Positions 22,405 through 33,001 of a DNA stretch of 64,000 bases are shown piece after piece. Below the pieces are notes generated by a model, which saw only the letters and a program-made list of their open reading frames with translations, ran no database searches and was not told where the DNA came from. Position numbers and translations under genes: made by a program. The first letter of the stretch is position 1. Every line of letters starts with the position of its first letter. This DNA is from Naegleria gruberi (lineage: Eukaryota). The stretch lies in assembly GCA_000004985.1 (NCBI GenBank), contig GG738871.1; one strand, 5' to 3'.

Positions 22405-23544
22405 TTAATATTCATCATCTTCGTTTTGAGTTGATTTGTGAATATTTAAATTTCCATTTCTGCTGAATGTGAAATTTTGTTGTTCTCCTCTTATGGTAGG
22501 TTTGGAATGTGTTTCCAACAAAATGTCATCTGATTTAATTTCATTTTTTGATTCTTCCTGTTCTTTTTGTAATTTTTCTAAGAATTCCAAATGTTTTCTT
22601 TGTCTTGGATTAAGTGGGAGGGGTCTTGAGATTCGTTCAACTTTTCTTTCCTCATTCGAAAGGTCATTTCTTCTACTTTTCTTTGAAACGAGCCCTTCAC
22701 CATCACTCTCTGAAAAGTGTTCATTCGAAACAACTTCTTCTTCGTTTCTTTCCTCTGTTTCGTCCTCTTTCTCTTTCGATTCGTCTTCATCACTGGAAAA
22801 GAATGGAGCTCCTTCCAATGCCTTCTTCTTTTCCTTCAATTTCTTCAATCGTTTGCTTCTCTCCTTCTCCACCTTCTTCTCATACAATTTCATAAAATGT
22901 TTATCTTTCAACATTTCCTCTTCCAGAACTGAAATTTCAGTTTTGGAAATTTTAATCTTGTAACAATCAATGAAAAGTCCAACAATGGTCGATACGAAAA
23001 ATAAAACCATCGAAACAATCAGTACAATACTAGTAATGTCCTTCTTGAATACCAAATCAGTATAATTCTCAAAGAAAGAGCTCGATCTCTCAAATCTCCA
23101 CTGATTTCCCAGACAAATCATTCCATTCGAAAAGTTTCTGCTCCCCTCTTCGCATTGATAACAGTGGTGATGAATGCACTCCAGGTCTCCTTCCAGCCAC
23201 AGGGAATTACCCAAATCACTGGTTGTTTCCATTGTTTCCTCATTGGAATTATCGGCACAGACCCATTTAGAGAGGAGAATATTTCTGGAACAGTTGGCAG
23301 CCCATTTTGGATGCTCTGTGATGAGAACACATTGTTTCAAACTCTCGGAGCAATACTCACCCACAGAGCAATCGGGATGAATTGGAAAATTTGGATATTG
23401 ATGTGGAGGAATCGAACGACATGAAGAAGAGCTTGCTAATGTTGGTGTGAATGAATTTACAATTGTGATGAAGAAGAAAATAATGATGTATAAGAGGGGT
23501 GATGATTGGTTGGTTTTCCGTACGGAATTATCTGTTGAAAACAT
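22405..23544 (-). CDS. Hypothetical type-I membrane protein: signal peptide, Cys-rich ectodomain, one TM, highly charged (KE-rich) cytoplasmic tail
   Basis: ORF 22405..23649. Likely start at internal Met (MFSTDNS..., ~23544) so as not to overlap the upstream gene's 3' end. Hydrophobic LLYIIIFFFITIVNSF near the N-terminus. TM ITSIVLIVSMVLFFVSTIVGLFI. Tail rich in E/K/S. Confidence 0.4.
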   Translation of the reverse strand: MFSTDNSVRKTNQSSPLLYIIIFFFITIVNSFTPTLASSSSCRSIPPHQYPNFPIHPDCSVGEYCSESLKQCVLITEHPKWAANCSRNILLSKWVCADNSNEETMETTSDLGNSLWLEGDLECIHHHCYQCEEGSRNFSNGMICLGNQWRFERSSSFFENYTDLVFKKDITSIVLIVSMVLFFVSTIVGLFIDCYKIKISKTEISVLEEEMLKDKHFMKLYEKKVEKERSKRLKKLKEKKKALEGAPFFSSDEDESKEKEDETEERNEEEVVSNEHFSESDGEGLVSKKSRRNDLSNEERKVERISRPLPLNPRQRKHLEFLEKLQKEQEESKNEIKSDDILLETHSKPTIRGEQQNFTFSRNGNLNIHKSTQNEDDEY

Positions 23545-23635
23545 GGTTGATACTATGGAATGATTAAGGTACAATTTTTTTTTAAGGAAATTTCCTATTT
23601 TGTAAATTTTTAGTTTACAAATAAATGAATGTATT

Positions 23636-25157
23636 TTATAGAAAATCATTTTCCTCTAAGGCACAAGGTGCTGCGTCTTCGGCAATGTGAATATGAGACT
23701 TTCCTCCAGGTCCATTCAGTTGCATCTTATTTCCACAAATTGTTGATGTCTTGGTTGATTCCAAAACAATGGCATTTCTGGTGTGTCCACTAAAGACACT
23801 TCTCTCAATTCTCATAGAGGCCTCACCTTTGCAGAGAATGGCATTTCCATCATTCTTTTGAAAGAGACTTTTGGTTACTTCACACAGAGTGTCATCTTCG
23901 AGTCGCATTCCATGAAGTTTGTTAAATTCCACGTGGCACTCGGTCATGATTAATTTGGGAGGATCACAAATTGGTTTCTTACTACCAGTCGATGGCAGTG
24001 GCGGTGGAGGTGGTTGAGTGTTTGATTCAATTGATGCTGTCGAAGGAGTTGTAGAAACTGCTGCATCAGTTGTGTTTTTCACAGGTGGAATGTATAATCT
24101 ATTCTTTACAGTAACACCAACTCCATAACTTGCTCTCAAATGGACATGTTGCAGAGTGCATGATCCTGAAACAATTTCCAAACACGACGCCGATTCATAA
24201 AATAAAATACTATCCCTAGCAGCATTCTGTGTGAGTGTGACATGTTCAAATTTGACACTTCCCCCACCATCCAATAAACGTTGTTTTTCCAATTGTTGAA
24301 TTGTTAAATTCTCATTAAAAGAGTCCACTCTCAAAATTGATTTTGAGCTATCCGAAGAGGCAATATGTACAAGTGATGAATCTGGATAAACTCCACGAAT
24401 GGTGAGTGGTTTCTTAATGACAACTGTTTCAGGAACTTTGTAAATTCCACTTCTCAAAACAACATGGTCTCCCTCCTTTGCAAAATCAACAGCTCTCTGT
24501 ATATCATGAAAAGTACAATCTTCACTAAAATCTGGATCAACTACATGAAGTCTGTAATCTGAATTCCTAACAGATGAATCATTAATTTCCTTTATCCAAT
24601 TGCTTTGGTCATTTTCATCCTCACAAGCAAGATAATAAGTACGATGAGGTGAAATGATTTTAATACCAAATTTCTTTTTGTAATTCAATTCGGCTGCTTG
24701 ACAAGTTAATCCCTGAACATTAATCATTCCTTTGGGTTTGGTATCTTTCTGTGATACATAGTAATATAATTTTCCTCTATTTTTTAAATTATTAATAAGT
24801 ATTGTAGGTTAAAGATGAGAATATAGTATTCGAAACACATACTGATGCAAAATACATAATCTCTCGTGCCATGTTTTAATGGAACCTCCTCGTTTGGTCT
24901 ATTCATTTCAAATATATTATGAAAATGTATAACGGTTATTATTATTGAAATTGTTCCGAATACAAATTGTTTCGAATAAAACCTACCAGTGTTCCTACAA
25001 AGTCGTGGTCTCTCATCAATTCAGAAGCAGATACTTTGGGTGGTTCCTCCACTATCTCCTTCCACTTCTTACCAGCCTTCTTTACTTTATCTTGTGATGA
25101 CATTTTTTTATTGTTATAACTTTGATGGATGACATTTGCAAAAAGATTGCTAAACAA
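23636..25157 (-). CDS. PH-domain protein with C-terminal parallel beta-helix-like repeats, 3 exons (25157/25103..24987, 24898..24843, 24776..23636)
   Basis: The spliced product gives a textbook PH N-terminus, FVGTL-TKRGGSIKTWHERLCILH-Q-GKLYYYVSQKDTKPKGMINVQGL...NWIKEIN. Introns of 88 and 66 nt (GTAGGT..AATAG; GTATGT..AAATAG); phases consistent. C-terminal part has PbH1-like repeats and a PPPPPLP linker. Confidence 0.5.
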
Positions 25158-25449
25158 GTAAACAAGTTGATGAATTAGGTTGTATTATGTTCTGTAGATT
25201 TTTAATTCGTTTACTCTGAACTCAAATTTAACTGTAAAAATTCAATCAAACTTTTGTTTTTAAAAAGACTTTGTTGTGGAGACAATTTTTTTACTTTGGT
25301 GCGCTCAAAGTGTTCGTTACATTTATATAAAATATTCAAAAAAAATTCATCAAAACAAATGGGAGTATTATATGTAAAATTAATTAAACCTGCTTTTTAA
25401 TCCCCAGGATTGTAATAGCATATGAAGATGAATACTGGTACCAGGACGA

Positions 25450-26140
25450 TGGGTAACTTAAATGCCATCTAAGTTGAAAGTATCCACGGAACTCTTTTCA
25501 TATCCATGACCACACAAGAAATCTCGATGAAAGATCTCTTCACATTTTCCGAACAAATTATTCACCCTCTAGAATCAATAATTTTCTGTTTAGCATTATG
25601 TAATTTTACAAAGAATTAAATACAAATAAGTGAAAGGAAGGAATGGAAGAAACTTGGATCCCCTCAAAAATATGTGGATCGAGTTGATTGTTTGAAAATT
25701 AGAAATTGTTTGTTGAGTTATCAAATTTTTGAGAAGCAATTTCATAATTTGAGAGAATTGGATATTGGAGCTCAATATATTGGAGAGGGAAATGATTCGA
25801 TAATACTTGGAAATGTTATTAAGTATATTGGAACGATTGAAAATTTGACAAGTTTGAATATTTCAAGAGTTGATTTAGGGAGTAGAAGTGTGACTTTTTT
25901 AAAATGTTTGAGAAAATTGACTAGTTTGAATGTAAATAGTTGTAATTTGTCATATCGAATGGCTTAGTAGGTTGCCAAATTTGAGACATCTAGACTTGAG
26001 TTATAATAACGAGCTGACCGATGATTGTATTCAACACTTGTTGAGCATGAAACAATTGAAATATTTGTCATTAACAGCGAATGAAATTTCAGATAAGAAA
26101 ATCAAACAAATGGAGAAACATCTCAAACAACTTTCACAAA
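25450..26140 (+). pseudogene. F-box/LRR gene fragment with frame disruptions (probable pseudogene or unresolved gene model)
   Basis: LRR ORF 25674..25967 (…LTSLNVNSCNLS) continues in the +1 frame as EWLSRLPNLRHLDLSYNNELTDDCIQHLLSMKQLKYLSLTANEISDKK to 26140, with no room for an intron. There is no in-frame ATG upstream. An F-box-like stretch (LKVSTELFSY.. / ..NLDERSLHIF) lies at ~25450..25560 and is itself split between frames. Confidence 0.35.
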
Positions 26141-26168
26141 ATTGACAGACACAGATACAATTAGTAGT

Positions 26169-27831
26169 TTAATGGTGAGTGGTACGTGCTGTTCTACACA
26201 TTTCATGATAATAAAGAAATTTCATCGTATTCACATTACCTTCCTTTTCAAAGTTAAAAGCGATGGCCTTTCCTGAGTTATTGGATGAAGGAGAGTTGCC
26301 AATCATGTATGATTGTTGATTATTCACTGATACTGGACTATTTACAATAACATCCTTGAAGAAGACATGATTGAGAGCTTGTGAGAAGGAAATTCTCTTC
26401 TCTGGATTCCACTGTAAAAATTGATGCAGTAAATCCAGAGCTTCCTTACTTGCTGATGGGAAGACTAAATCGAATGAAATTCCCTCCTCGGCATGATCTA
26501 TGAATTGTTGAGCGTACCAATCTCTGCATCCATCTGATCCCATAATATCCTCTGGTTTGGCCTTTCCTAGTAAGCTAGTGATGAGATTCAAGTGTTCACT
26601 AATTCCACTAATCTCTCTTCCTGTAGAGTTGACTGCAAACAATGGTCTTCTCATTGGTTTAGGTGGTAACATGTACAATAATTCTGCCATGATACATCCC
26701 AATCCCCACGAGTCAATACTCGATGATTGAACATTGTATTGCAATATTACTTCTGGAGGTCTGTAATATCTAGTTATTACATATAAAGATTTTGAATTCT
26801 TTCCCGGATTATCACTCTCAATATTCGACAAACCAAAATCTGAAATTCTGACATTGACATTATCTCCCTGATAGCTCAATAAAACATTTGCTGGTTTCAT
26901 ATCCCTGTGCAAAACTCCAAATGATTGCATATATTGCATTCCATTCAATAATTGATACATGATTGTTTTTACAAAATCCAAATTAATGGCCTTCTTCTTT
27001 TTGTGTAAACTATTCAAAAAAACTTTCAAATCTCCATCTTGCATTAATCCCATTACAATATACAATTCTTTAAAATTATTTAAACAATATTCTCTTTCTC
27101 CAGTTCCAACAAACACATCAATCAACTCTACTATATTTGGATGAGGTCTCAGAAATCTCATAATTTTAATTTCTCTCAACATTCTGTATGGAGCTCCATT
27201 ATTAAAGACATTCTTGATCATTTTAATGGCAACCATCTTGTTTAATTCTTTATCATGACATGCCTTGATAAATTCCAATTAAAAAAACATCAATTAACAA
27301 ATTAAATATTCGAAACTATTCGAAACTACGTACCACCACAACTCCATATCCACCCTGACCCAAAATCCTCACACATCCAGTCAACTCATCAATTGCTGGT
27401 TCATACCTCGTTGGCAGTGTCATTTCAAACTCCAAATCTCCACTTGCCGATTTAATTACATGTCTTGCCACATGTCTGTGATGTTCCGATGGATAATCGA
27501 GAATTTTAAAAGGATCTGGTACTGCATTGGAAGATGATATATCAACATCACCTTCATCATCATCAAAATTAAAAACAAATGAATCATCTTCTTCATCTTG
27601 CATCATCATACTTTCGTATATGTTTTTTTGAGTGGCATGAGATGATTGTTGTTGTTCATTGACAGAAAGTGAAAGAGGAGGTTGTGGAAAATGATTTTGA
27701 TGTTGGTTTTGGTTTTGGTTTTGTTGATTGTCTTGCATTTTGGTTGTTTGTTGTTTTTGTGTATTTTCTTTTGGTTGTGTAAATGATGGAAAGGGAGAAG
27801 GAGATGGATGGGAACAGAAAATTCGTTTCAT
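26169..27831 (-). CDS. Ser/Thr protein kinase, CMGC group (MAPK/CDK-like), 2 exons (27831..27334, 27263..26169), ~531 aa
   Basis: Exon 1 ends with the glycine loop LGQGGYGVVVV followed by a GTACGT donor. A 70-nt intron precedes exon 2, which begins ACHDKELNKMVAIKMI. Exon 2 carries HRDMKPANVLL, DFGLS, the activation loop SLYVITRYYRPPEVIL and SIDSWGLGCIMAELL. The N-terminus is Q/N-rich low complexity. Confidence 0.7.
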
Positions 27832-27927
27832 TTTTTTTTGAACTTGGAAATTGGCTTATTGATGGGGAAAGTTTTAATTTTTGGAAAGATCTATTTTTGA
27901 GAATATAATTTATTTTGGATTTTTTTA

Positions 27928-27946
27928 TTCGAAACTTGGTCGAAAC
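27928..27946. promoter_or_regulatory. ATTCGAAAC(n3)TCGAAAC motif ~100 bp upstream of the kinase gene ATG (27831, minus strand)
   Basis: ttattcgaaacttggtcgaaactg. This is one instance of a recurrent motif; see findings. Confidence 0.2.
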
Positions 27947-28108
27947 TGTGAACTAGAGTGTACTAGTTCTGTAAATTGGATTGAGGGTTTTCTTCTCTGA
28001 TATTTTGAAAATTATTTGAATTAAAAAAAAATAAAGGGATGTATTTATTAAATTAGAAAGACTATTCCGATTTAGTAAATTTGTAATTACTCTTGTTCTA
28101 TCGCACAG

Positions 28109-28504
28109 TTAGTCAGATAGGTTTGAATTGTTTTCTGTGTTTGGGGATAGAGAAGAGCTTGCAGGCTGAGTGGAGACATTGCTCAAGTCCCAAGCTGTAG
28201 AAAATTTGGCAGTCTTGGGCTTGATCATATATCCTCTTTTGTTTCTTAATTGGGAGCAACTATTCCACGTGCTGTTTTTATAGCAGCTTCCAACATATGA
28301 GGCAAAAGCACAATATATATCAGTGCTCCATTCAGTCAAGAGTTTGTTGAATTGAAAGTTTGGGTTGTTATGGATTACTCCATTCCAATCCATGTTGATC
28401 GTGAGTGGAGAGTGGTCAGGTGGGAGTTTGACTTCAGCAGTGTTGTGTTTGGCGGATGATTCGTTCCATTTCTTGTACAAGAGGGAGAGTTCAGATTTGC
28501 ACAT
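28109..28504 (-). CDS. Hypothetical small protein (131 aa), Cys/Trp-containing, Ser-rich C-terminus
   Basis: ORF only; no recognisable domain. The ATTCGAAACTATTCGAAAC motif sits ~50 bp upstream of its ATG. Confidence 0.3.
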   Translation of the reverse strand: MCKSELSLLYKKWNESSAKHNTAEVKLPPDHSPLTINMDWNGVIHNNPNFQFNKLLTEWSTDIYCAFASYVGSCYKNSTWNSCSQLRNKRGYMIKPKTAKFSTAWDLSNVSTQPASSSLSPNTENNSNLSD

Positions 28505-28547
28505 TATGCATTCGGAGAAGACATGTTCCCATTTGAATTAAAAAAAA

Positions 28548-30010
28548 ATGATTCATTCGAAACTATTCGAAACAAGTGTCACCCTCATTCTCGATCAACA
28601 AAATATCGGAAACACTTTATTAAAACAAAAATACCAATTTACAAAATTCAAAAAACTCCAAGAAAACTACATTCCAATAGAATTTCACAATGATCGAGAG
28701 TTTATTACAATTTGCATCAGAGAATTGCAGAAATGACAAACAAATTGTCTTGACAGCTGTCAAACAAGATTGTTCCACTTACAAATTCGCTTCTCCTAAA
28801 TTAAAACTGGATTTTGAGATTTTACTTTCATATCTTGAGAAAAATAGACATTCATTTAAGATGATTGTACCAAATTCAAATAGATGACAAGGAATTTATA
28901 ATGTCAGCAATCAAAATGGGATTTTCTTTGAAATATGCTTCTGATAGATTGAGGGATGATAAAGAGGTGGTTATGGAAGCAGTTTCGAATGGATATGAAT
29001 TGTTTAATGTATCTGATAGGTTGAAATCTGACAAGGATGTCGTGTTAAAAGCACAACAAACTTTTGAAAAGGCATATTTGTTAGCACCACAACATTTAAA
29101 ATATGACTTTGATATTAAGGCAGCAAGATATGAATTTAACACAAGAGGAATTGCCAAATGTCATGACAGAAATCAAATTTTAAGATTAATTGAAACAAAA
29201 GGATATTTATTTAGTTATGCCAAACCGAAATTCAAAAATGATAAGGAAATTATTTTAAAATTCATTGAAATTAATGCGTGGCAAGCTGTAGAAAATGCAT
29301 CACCTCAATTAAAAGATGATTCGGATATAATTAGGAAATCAGTGGAGAACTGTGGATTAACTATTCGATTGGCATCCGAAAGATTGAAAAATAATAAGGA
29401 AATTGCACTCATAGCAATGAAGACGAGTGCTTGTAAGGCAATAATGGATATTTCTGATAATCTTAGACAAGACAGAGAGTTTTTAATAGAGGTTGTTTCG
29501 TATGGATCTATTCTAAATGAACATTCCTCAATCGAGTTGAAAAGTGACAGGGAATTAAGGAATCGGTAAAATATAGAGGAGTTGATATACAGTTTGCATC
29601 CAATGAGTTGAAAAATGATAAGGAGCTAATATTACTTGCTGTCAAAACTCATGCATATGTTGTCAGTTTCATTTCCCGTAATTTCCTCTTTAATTCGGAT
29701 TTTCTATTGGAATTATTGAAGCTTAATCCAAATATTGTGAAATTCTTGGATGGCCACCATCGAGATTCAGAATTTGTACATTTAGCTACGAAAGGAGATT
29801 CTCTAATTTATGCCTCGAATAGATTGAGAAATTTAAAGGAATTTGTTTTCGAATGAATGGTTGTGCACTGAAAGGAATAGGAAGTACCTTGGAGAATGAT
29901 TCAGAACTTGTCATTGAGGCAGTCAAGCAAAATGGATATTTCACAAACTTTAATTTGTTCAGCTTAAGAATGGAATTGGAATATCCAGAATTACAAAACA
30001 TTACAAAGTT
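28548..30010 (+). pseudogene. DUF4116-repeat gene disrupted by at least four frameshifts (probable pseudogene)
   Basis: Consecutive ORFs 28548.., 28690.., 28865.., 29608.. and ~29859..30010 lie in three different frames. All encode DUF4116-type units (e.g. ASDRLRDDKEVVMEAVSNGYELFNVSDRLKSDKDVVLKA). The frame changes occur within <30 nt windows (~28730, ~28870, ~29580, ~29857), too short for introns. An intact paralog is at 61765..62883. Confidence 0.45.
28553..28571. promoter_or_regulatory. Tandem ATTCGAAACT-ATTCGAAAC motif ~50 bp upstream of the 28504 ATG (minus-strand gene)
   Basis: attcattcgaaactattcgaaacaagtg. The same dimer occurs inside the kinase intron at 27308..27326. Confidence 0.2.
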
Positions 30011-30085
30011 TTAATTGCCTATTGTTTCAAAATCTTTTTAAATTAAATTGTTAGTGCTGTGTTTCATCTTTGTATTTTGATGATT

Positions 30086-30601
30086 TTAAATTTGATTTTT
30101 TAATATTATTTTTAAATGCTCGTTCATTTGATTGATTCTTAATTGAGCTTTTGGATAAGAAACATAATGATCAGATATTTGAATTCTTTGAACACTATCC
30201 AAATTCGCAAGAATGTTAATAAATATTTTACCAGATGGCACTCCATTAACCTTAGTTGAACAATCCAATTCACATTCGAAAGATCGAATATCTCTATAAT
30301 GAAACGTACTATTCGAAATAAGTTTTCCATTAATTGCTCTCTTTGTTCTCACCACAAATATGCGACTGTTGTCATTGAAAATAAAATCCGTACTTTTCTG
30401 TAAAAATCCAAATATAGGAAATAAAGAAAAGAATGCTATCAGGGCAATTAATATTCCAATTGAAAATTCCTGTTGTTCCCCAGATATAAAGATAAACAGC
30501 AATACTCCAATAAATAACGATCCAACGAATATAAATATGAGAGGAAATGTTAAATCATCATCTTTGATCATGTAAATTCCCGGCACTTTATCAACTCTCA
30601 T
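30086..30601 (-). CDS. Hypothetical small membrane protein (171 aa, two hydrophobic helices)
   Basis: ORF with TM-like segments LTFPLIFIFVGSLFIGVLLFIFI and FSIGILIALIAFFSLFPIFGFL. No recognisable domain. Confidence 0.35.
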   Translation of the reverse strand: MRVDKVPGIYMIKDDDLTFPLIFIFVGSLFIGVLLFIFISGEQQEFSIGILIALIAFFSLFPIFGFLQKSTDFIFNDNSRIFVVRTKRAINGKLISNSTFHYRDIRSFECELDCSTKVNGVPSGKIFINILANLDSVQRIQISDHYVSYPKAQLRINQMNEHLKIILKNQI

Positions 30602-30747
30602 CCATGTAGGGTGGAATGGGTGCTGCTTGCGACATTTTTTTTATATTTTGAAATTGAAAAAACACGTGTTTAAAATTCTTAAATATTGTAAACAAGTTCA
30701 TTATTTAAATTTTACAATGAAATTTCTAATATAATACAGTTGATTGG

Positions 30748-32613
30748 TTATACAGTTTCATAAAAAGTTTCAATGTTGGTGAGTGGAATGAATTCAATGG
30801 TTGGAAATTGAGAAAATATTTCCATAAATTCAGGACATGAATCTGGATTATAGTAGAACTTTTCCAAACTTGGAGGGAATGAAAATCCACCATAATCTCT
30901 ATAACAACTCATGAAATAGTCAGTAAAGGAATATGCAATTGTCAAAGCCTTCAAGTTTGGGAATTTAACAAAGGAAGAAGGAATAGAATACTCAAAACAT
31001 GCTGTTTCGTCATCTCTGAGAACGAGATCTTTCAAGTCTGGACTAATACCTGAAAGGATATCAAAGCAATTTGCATAGGTTTGAGCATTCATGTCTACAT
31101 ATACCAAATCTTTCATAAATGGAAAGCAAATCTCATTTGCATAGAATGATTTGTAATAGTTTTCATAAATGATTGGAATGATAACTCTCTTTTCCTTCTT
31201 TTCAATATAGTACTTGAAGAAGGATGATTTCAACACGTCTTCCATGAAATTCATTGTGGTTTTTGCTTCTTGGACAGGTAGGAATATTTTCTCTCTTAAA
31301 GATCTCATTTCCAATTTCTTTTTTTGATTGGCCAAATTATTGACAAGATTTCTTATCGACATTTCAAATATTGGATCATCGAGAACACTTCTCATGAGTA
31401 ACTCTCTCCAATATTTGTTGGTAGAGGAGATATTAACACGAGTGTAAGTCGGCAAGTAGGAGAATACCAGCTTAGTACAATCTTCATTCAAAAGTCTGTA
31501 ATTGAATGCTGTAATTAACTTGGTTTTAGGGTCTAACTCTGTAGCTTTTTTGAGGTATTCTTGTTTTAGCTCAAGTTCACCTTTTCTTCCATAGGTTTGA
31601 GAGATCATTTGAGCAGTCTCGGCATTTTCTTCCAACTTCATTGCTTGTGAGAAAGCTTCAAGAGCTTCATCAAGCTCGTGGTTGTAGAAGTAGCATAATC
31701 CCTTATTGTAAATGTAGTGTCTGAGATTTGGTGAATCTTTTCCATACTGAGCAGCTGTTTCAAAATTCTTTATAGCATCATGATAACAAGCTGCAAAGTA
31801 GTATGAACAACCAGCTCTATAATTCAATTCTTCCAATGAAATCAATGAAACTGTTGTCTTTTCTTCCTTTTGAGCAGCCAAATCAACCTTTTCCCCTTTC
31901 AGCAAGGACTTGAAATTATTGAAATAAGTTTTGGTATTCTCTGAAAATTCGGTAAATTGTTCCTTCACTTTTTCATGGGAGTGTTTCATTTCAAAATTAA
32001 TATCAAGAATGTTCTTTTCCAATTCTACTGATTTCTTATCACAATTACCACTTCCAGTCATTGCCTCCTTCAATTCAATACCTTTCTTGAAAGCATGAGC
32101 AGATTCTAAATAATCCCCACAATGATACAATGCCACACCATAAACAAAATTCCACACATAGGTCGCATCCAAACTTTCATCCAAATGCAATGCAAGTTTG
32201 ATATCCTCCAAAGCTCCCTCATATTTCATAGCAGCCAATCTCACCACAGCTCTCTGCACATGCAATCTGGCAACTTGTGGATCTTGTGTAGTGTCGGCCT
32301 TGATCTTTCCTTCCAATTTACTCTCGGCAATTAATTGTTTTCGGAATAAAATCTTCTCCTTCAAGTCCTTTGAAATATGACTCACTCCACTCTCAATCTT
32401 TTCATTATTCTTTCTGATGCTAACATCAATGGAATGAACCAAATTGATGACCCGAGAAACAGCTAAAATTCCCACTCCTAAAGGAAAGAAGAGAATGAGA
32501 AGAGGTCCTGAAATTGGTGAGCCACACATGTTGTTTCTTGACTTTGGATAACGATGATGAATTTGGTGTTTATAATAAACAGGTGTGATAGATATCAAAA
32601 TCCTGGTTTTCAA
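30748..32613 (-). CDS. Membrane-anchored TPR-repeat protein with F-box-like motif (up to 621 aa)
   Basis: N-terminal hydrophobic anchor GPLLILFFPLGVGILAVS. TPR-like helical repeats (e.g. YYFAACYHDAIKNFETAAQYGKDSPNLRHYIYNKGLCYFYNHELDEALEAFSQAMKL). F-box-like EDCTKLVFSYLPTYTRVNISSTNKYWRELL. The true start may be an internal Met (MCGSP...). Confidence 0.5.
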   Translation of the reverse strand: MKTRILISITPVYYKHQIHHRYPKSRNNMCGSPISGPLLILFFPLGVGILAVSRVINLVHSIDVSIRKNNEKIESGVSHISKDLKEKILFRKQLIAESKLEGKIKADTTQDPQVARLHVQRAVVRLAAMKYEGALEDIKLALHLDESLDATYVWNFVYGVALYHCGDYLESAHAFKKGIELKEAMTGSGNCDKKSVELEKNILDINFEMKHSHEKVKEQFTEFSENTKTYFNNFKSLLKGEKVDLAAQKEEKTTVSLISLEELNYRAGCSYYFAACYHDAIKNFETAAQYGKDSPNLRHYIYNKGLCYFYNHELDEALEAFSQAMKLEENAETAQMISQTYGRKGELELKQEYLKKATELDPKTKLITAFNYRLLNEDCTKLVFSYLPTYTRVNISSTNKYWRELLMRSVLDDPIFEMSIRNLVNNLANQKKKLEMRSLREKIFLPVQEAKTTMNFMEDVLKSSFFKYYIEKKEKRVIIPIIYENYYKSFYANEICFPFMKDLVYVDMNAQTYANCFDILSGISPDLKDLVLRDDETACFEYSIPSSFVKFPNLKALTIAYSFTDYFMSCYRDYGGFSFPPSLEKFYYNPDSCPEFMEIFSQFPTIEFIPLTNIETFYETV

Positions 32614-33001
32614 CGTTTTTTTTTGAAGAAATACTGGAACTATGCATCACCAAGTTCATCACAGTAAAAATTCTGCAAATTAGCATCATATGTACTGTTG
32701 TAAATCCAACGTATACATTCACATTACCTCTTTCTTAAATGACCAAAATGGAGAATGCTCAAGGTCTTTTCTTATTGATTGCACTCAAGTAAATCCCTAA
32801 TACAATTCAGTTTTGAGAAAGGATATGAAGATGAAACATGAAGGATTGTATTGTGGTTGATTAATAAATTTTAATTGAGAGGTAGCTCAATATGAACTTT
32901 ATCCTTAATAATGAAATATTGAGCAACTTGGAACTTGAGCATCTACTAAACCAAAGTGAGTCTGTTATCACCAGACATATGTGAACAATTTAGTTTAAAT
33001 C

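Noticed and set aside
22469-23424. Plus-strand ORFs (22469..22963, 22614..22895, 23155..23424) antisense to the 22405..23544 gene
   Set aside because: Ser/Phe/Leu-rich antisense frames of a charged coding region with no start context or domain. The minus-strand ORF with signal peptide, TM and charged tail is the coherent model.
27300-28575. Heat-shock-element reading of the TTCGAA-containing motif
   Set aside because: An HSE requires alternating GAA/TTC blocks at 5-bp spacing (TTCnnGAA). Here TTC and GAA are directly adjacent (TTCGAA), so the motif is reported only as an unexplained recurrent element.
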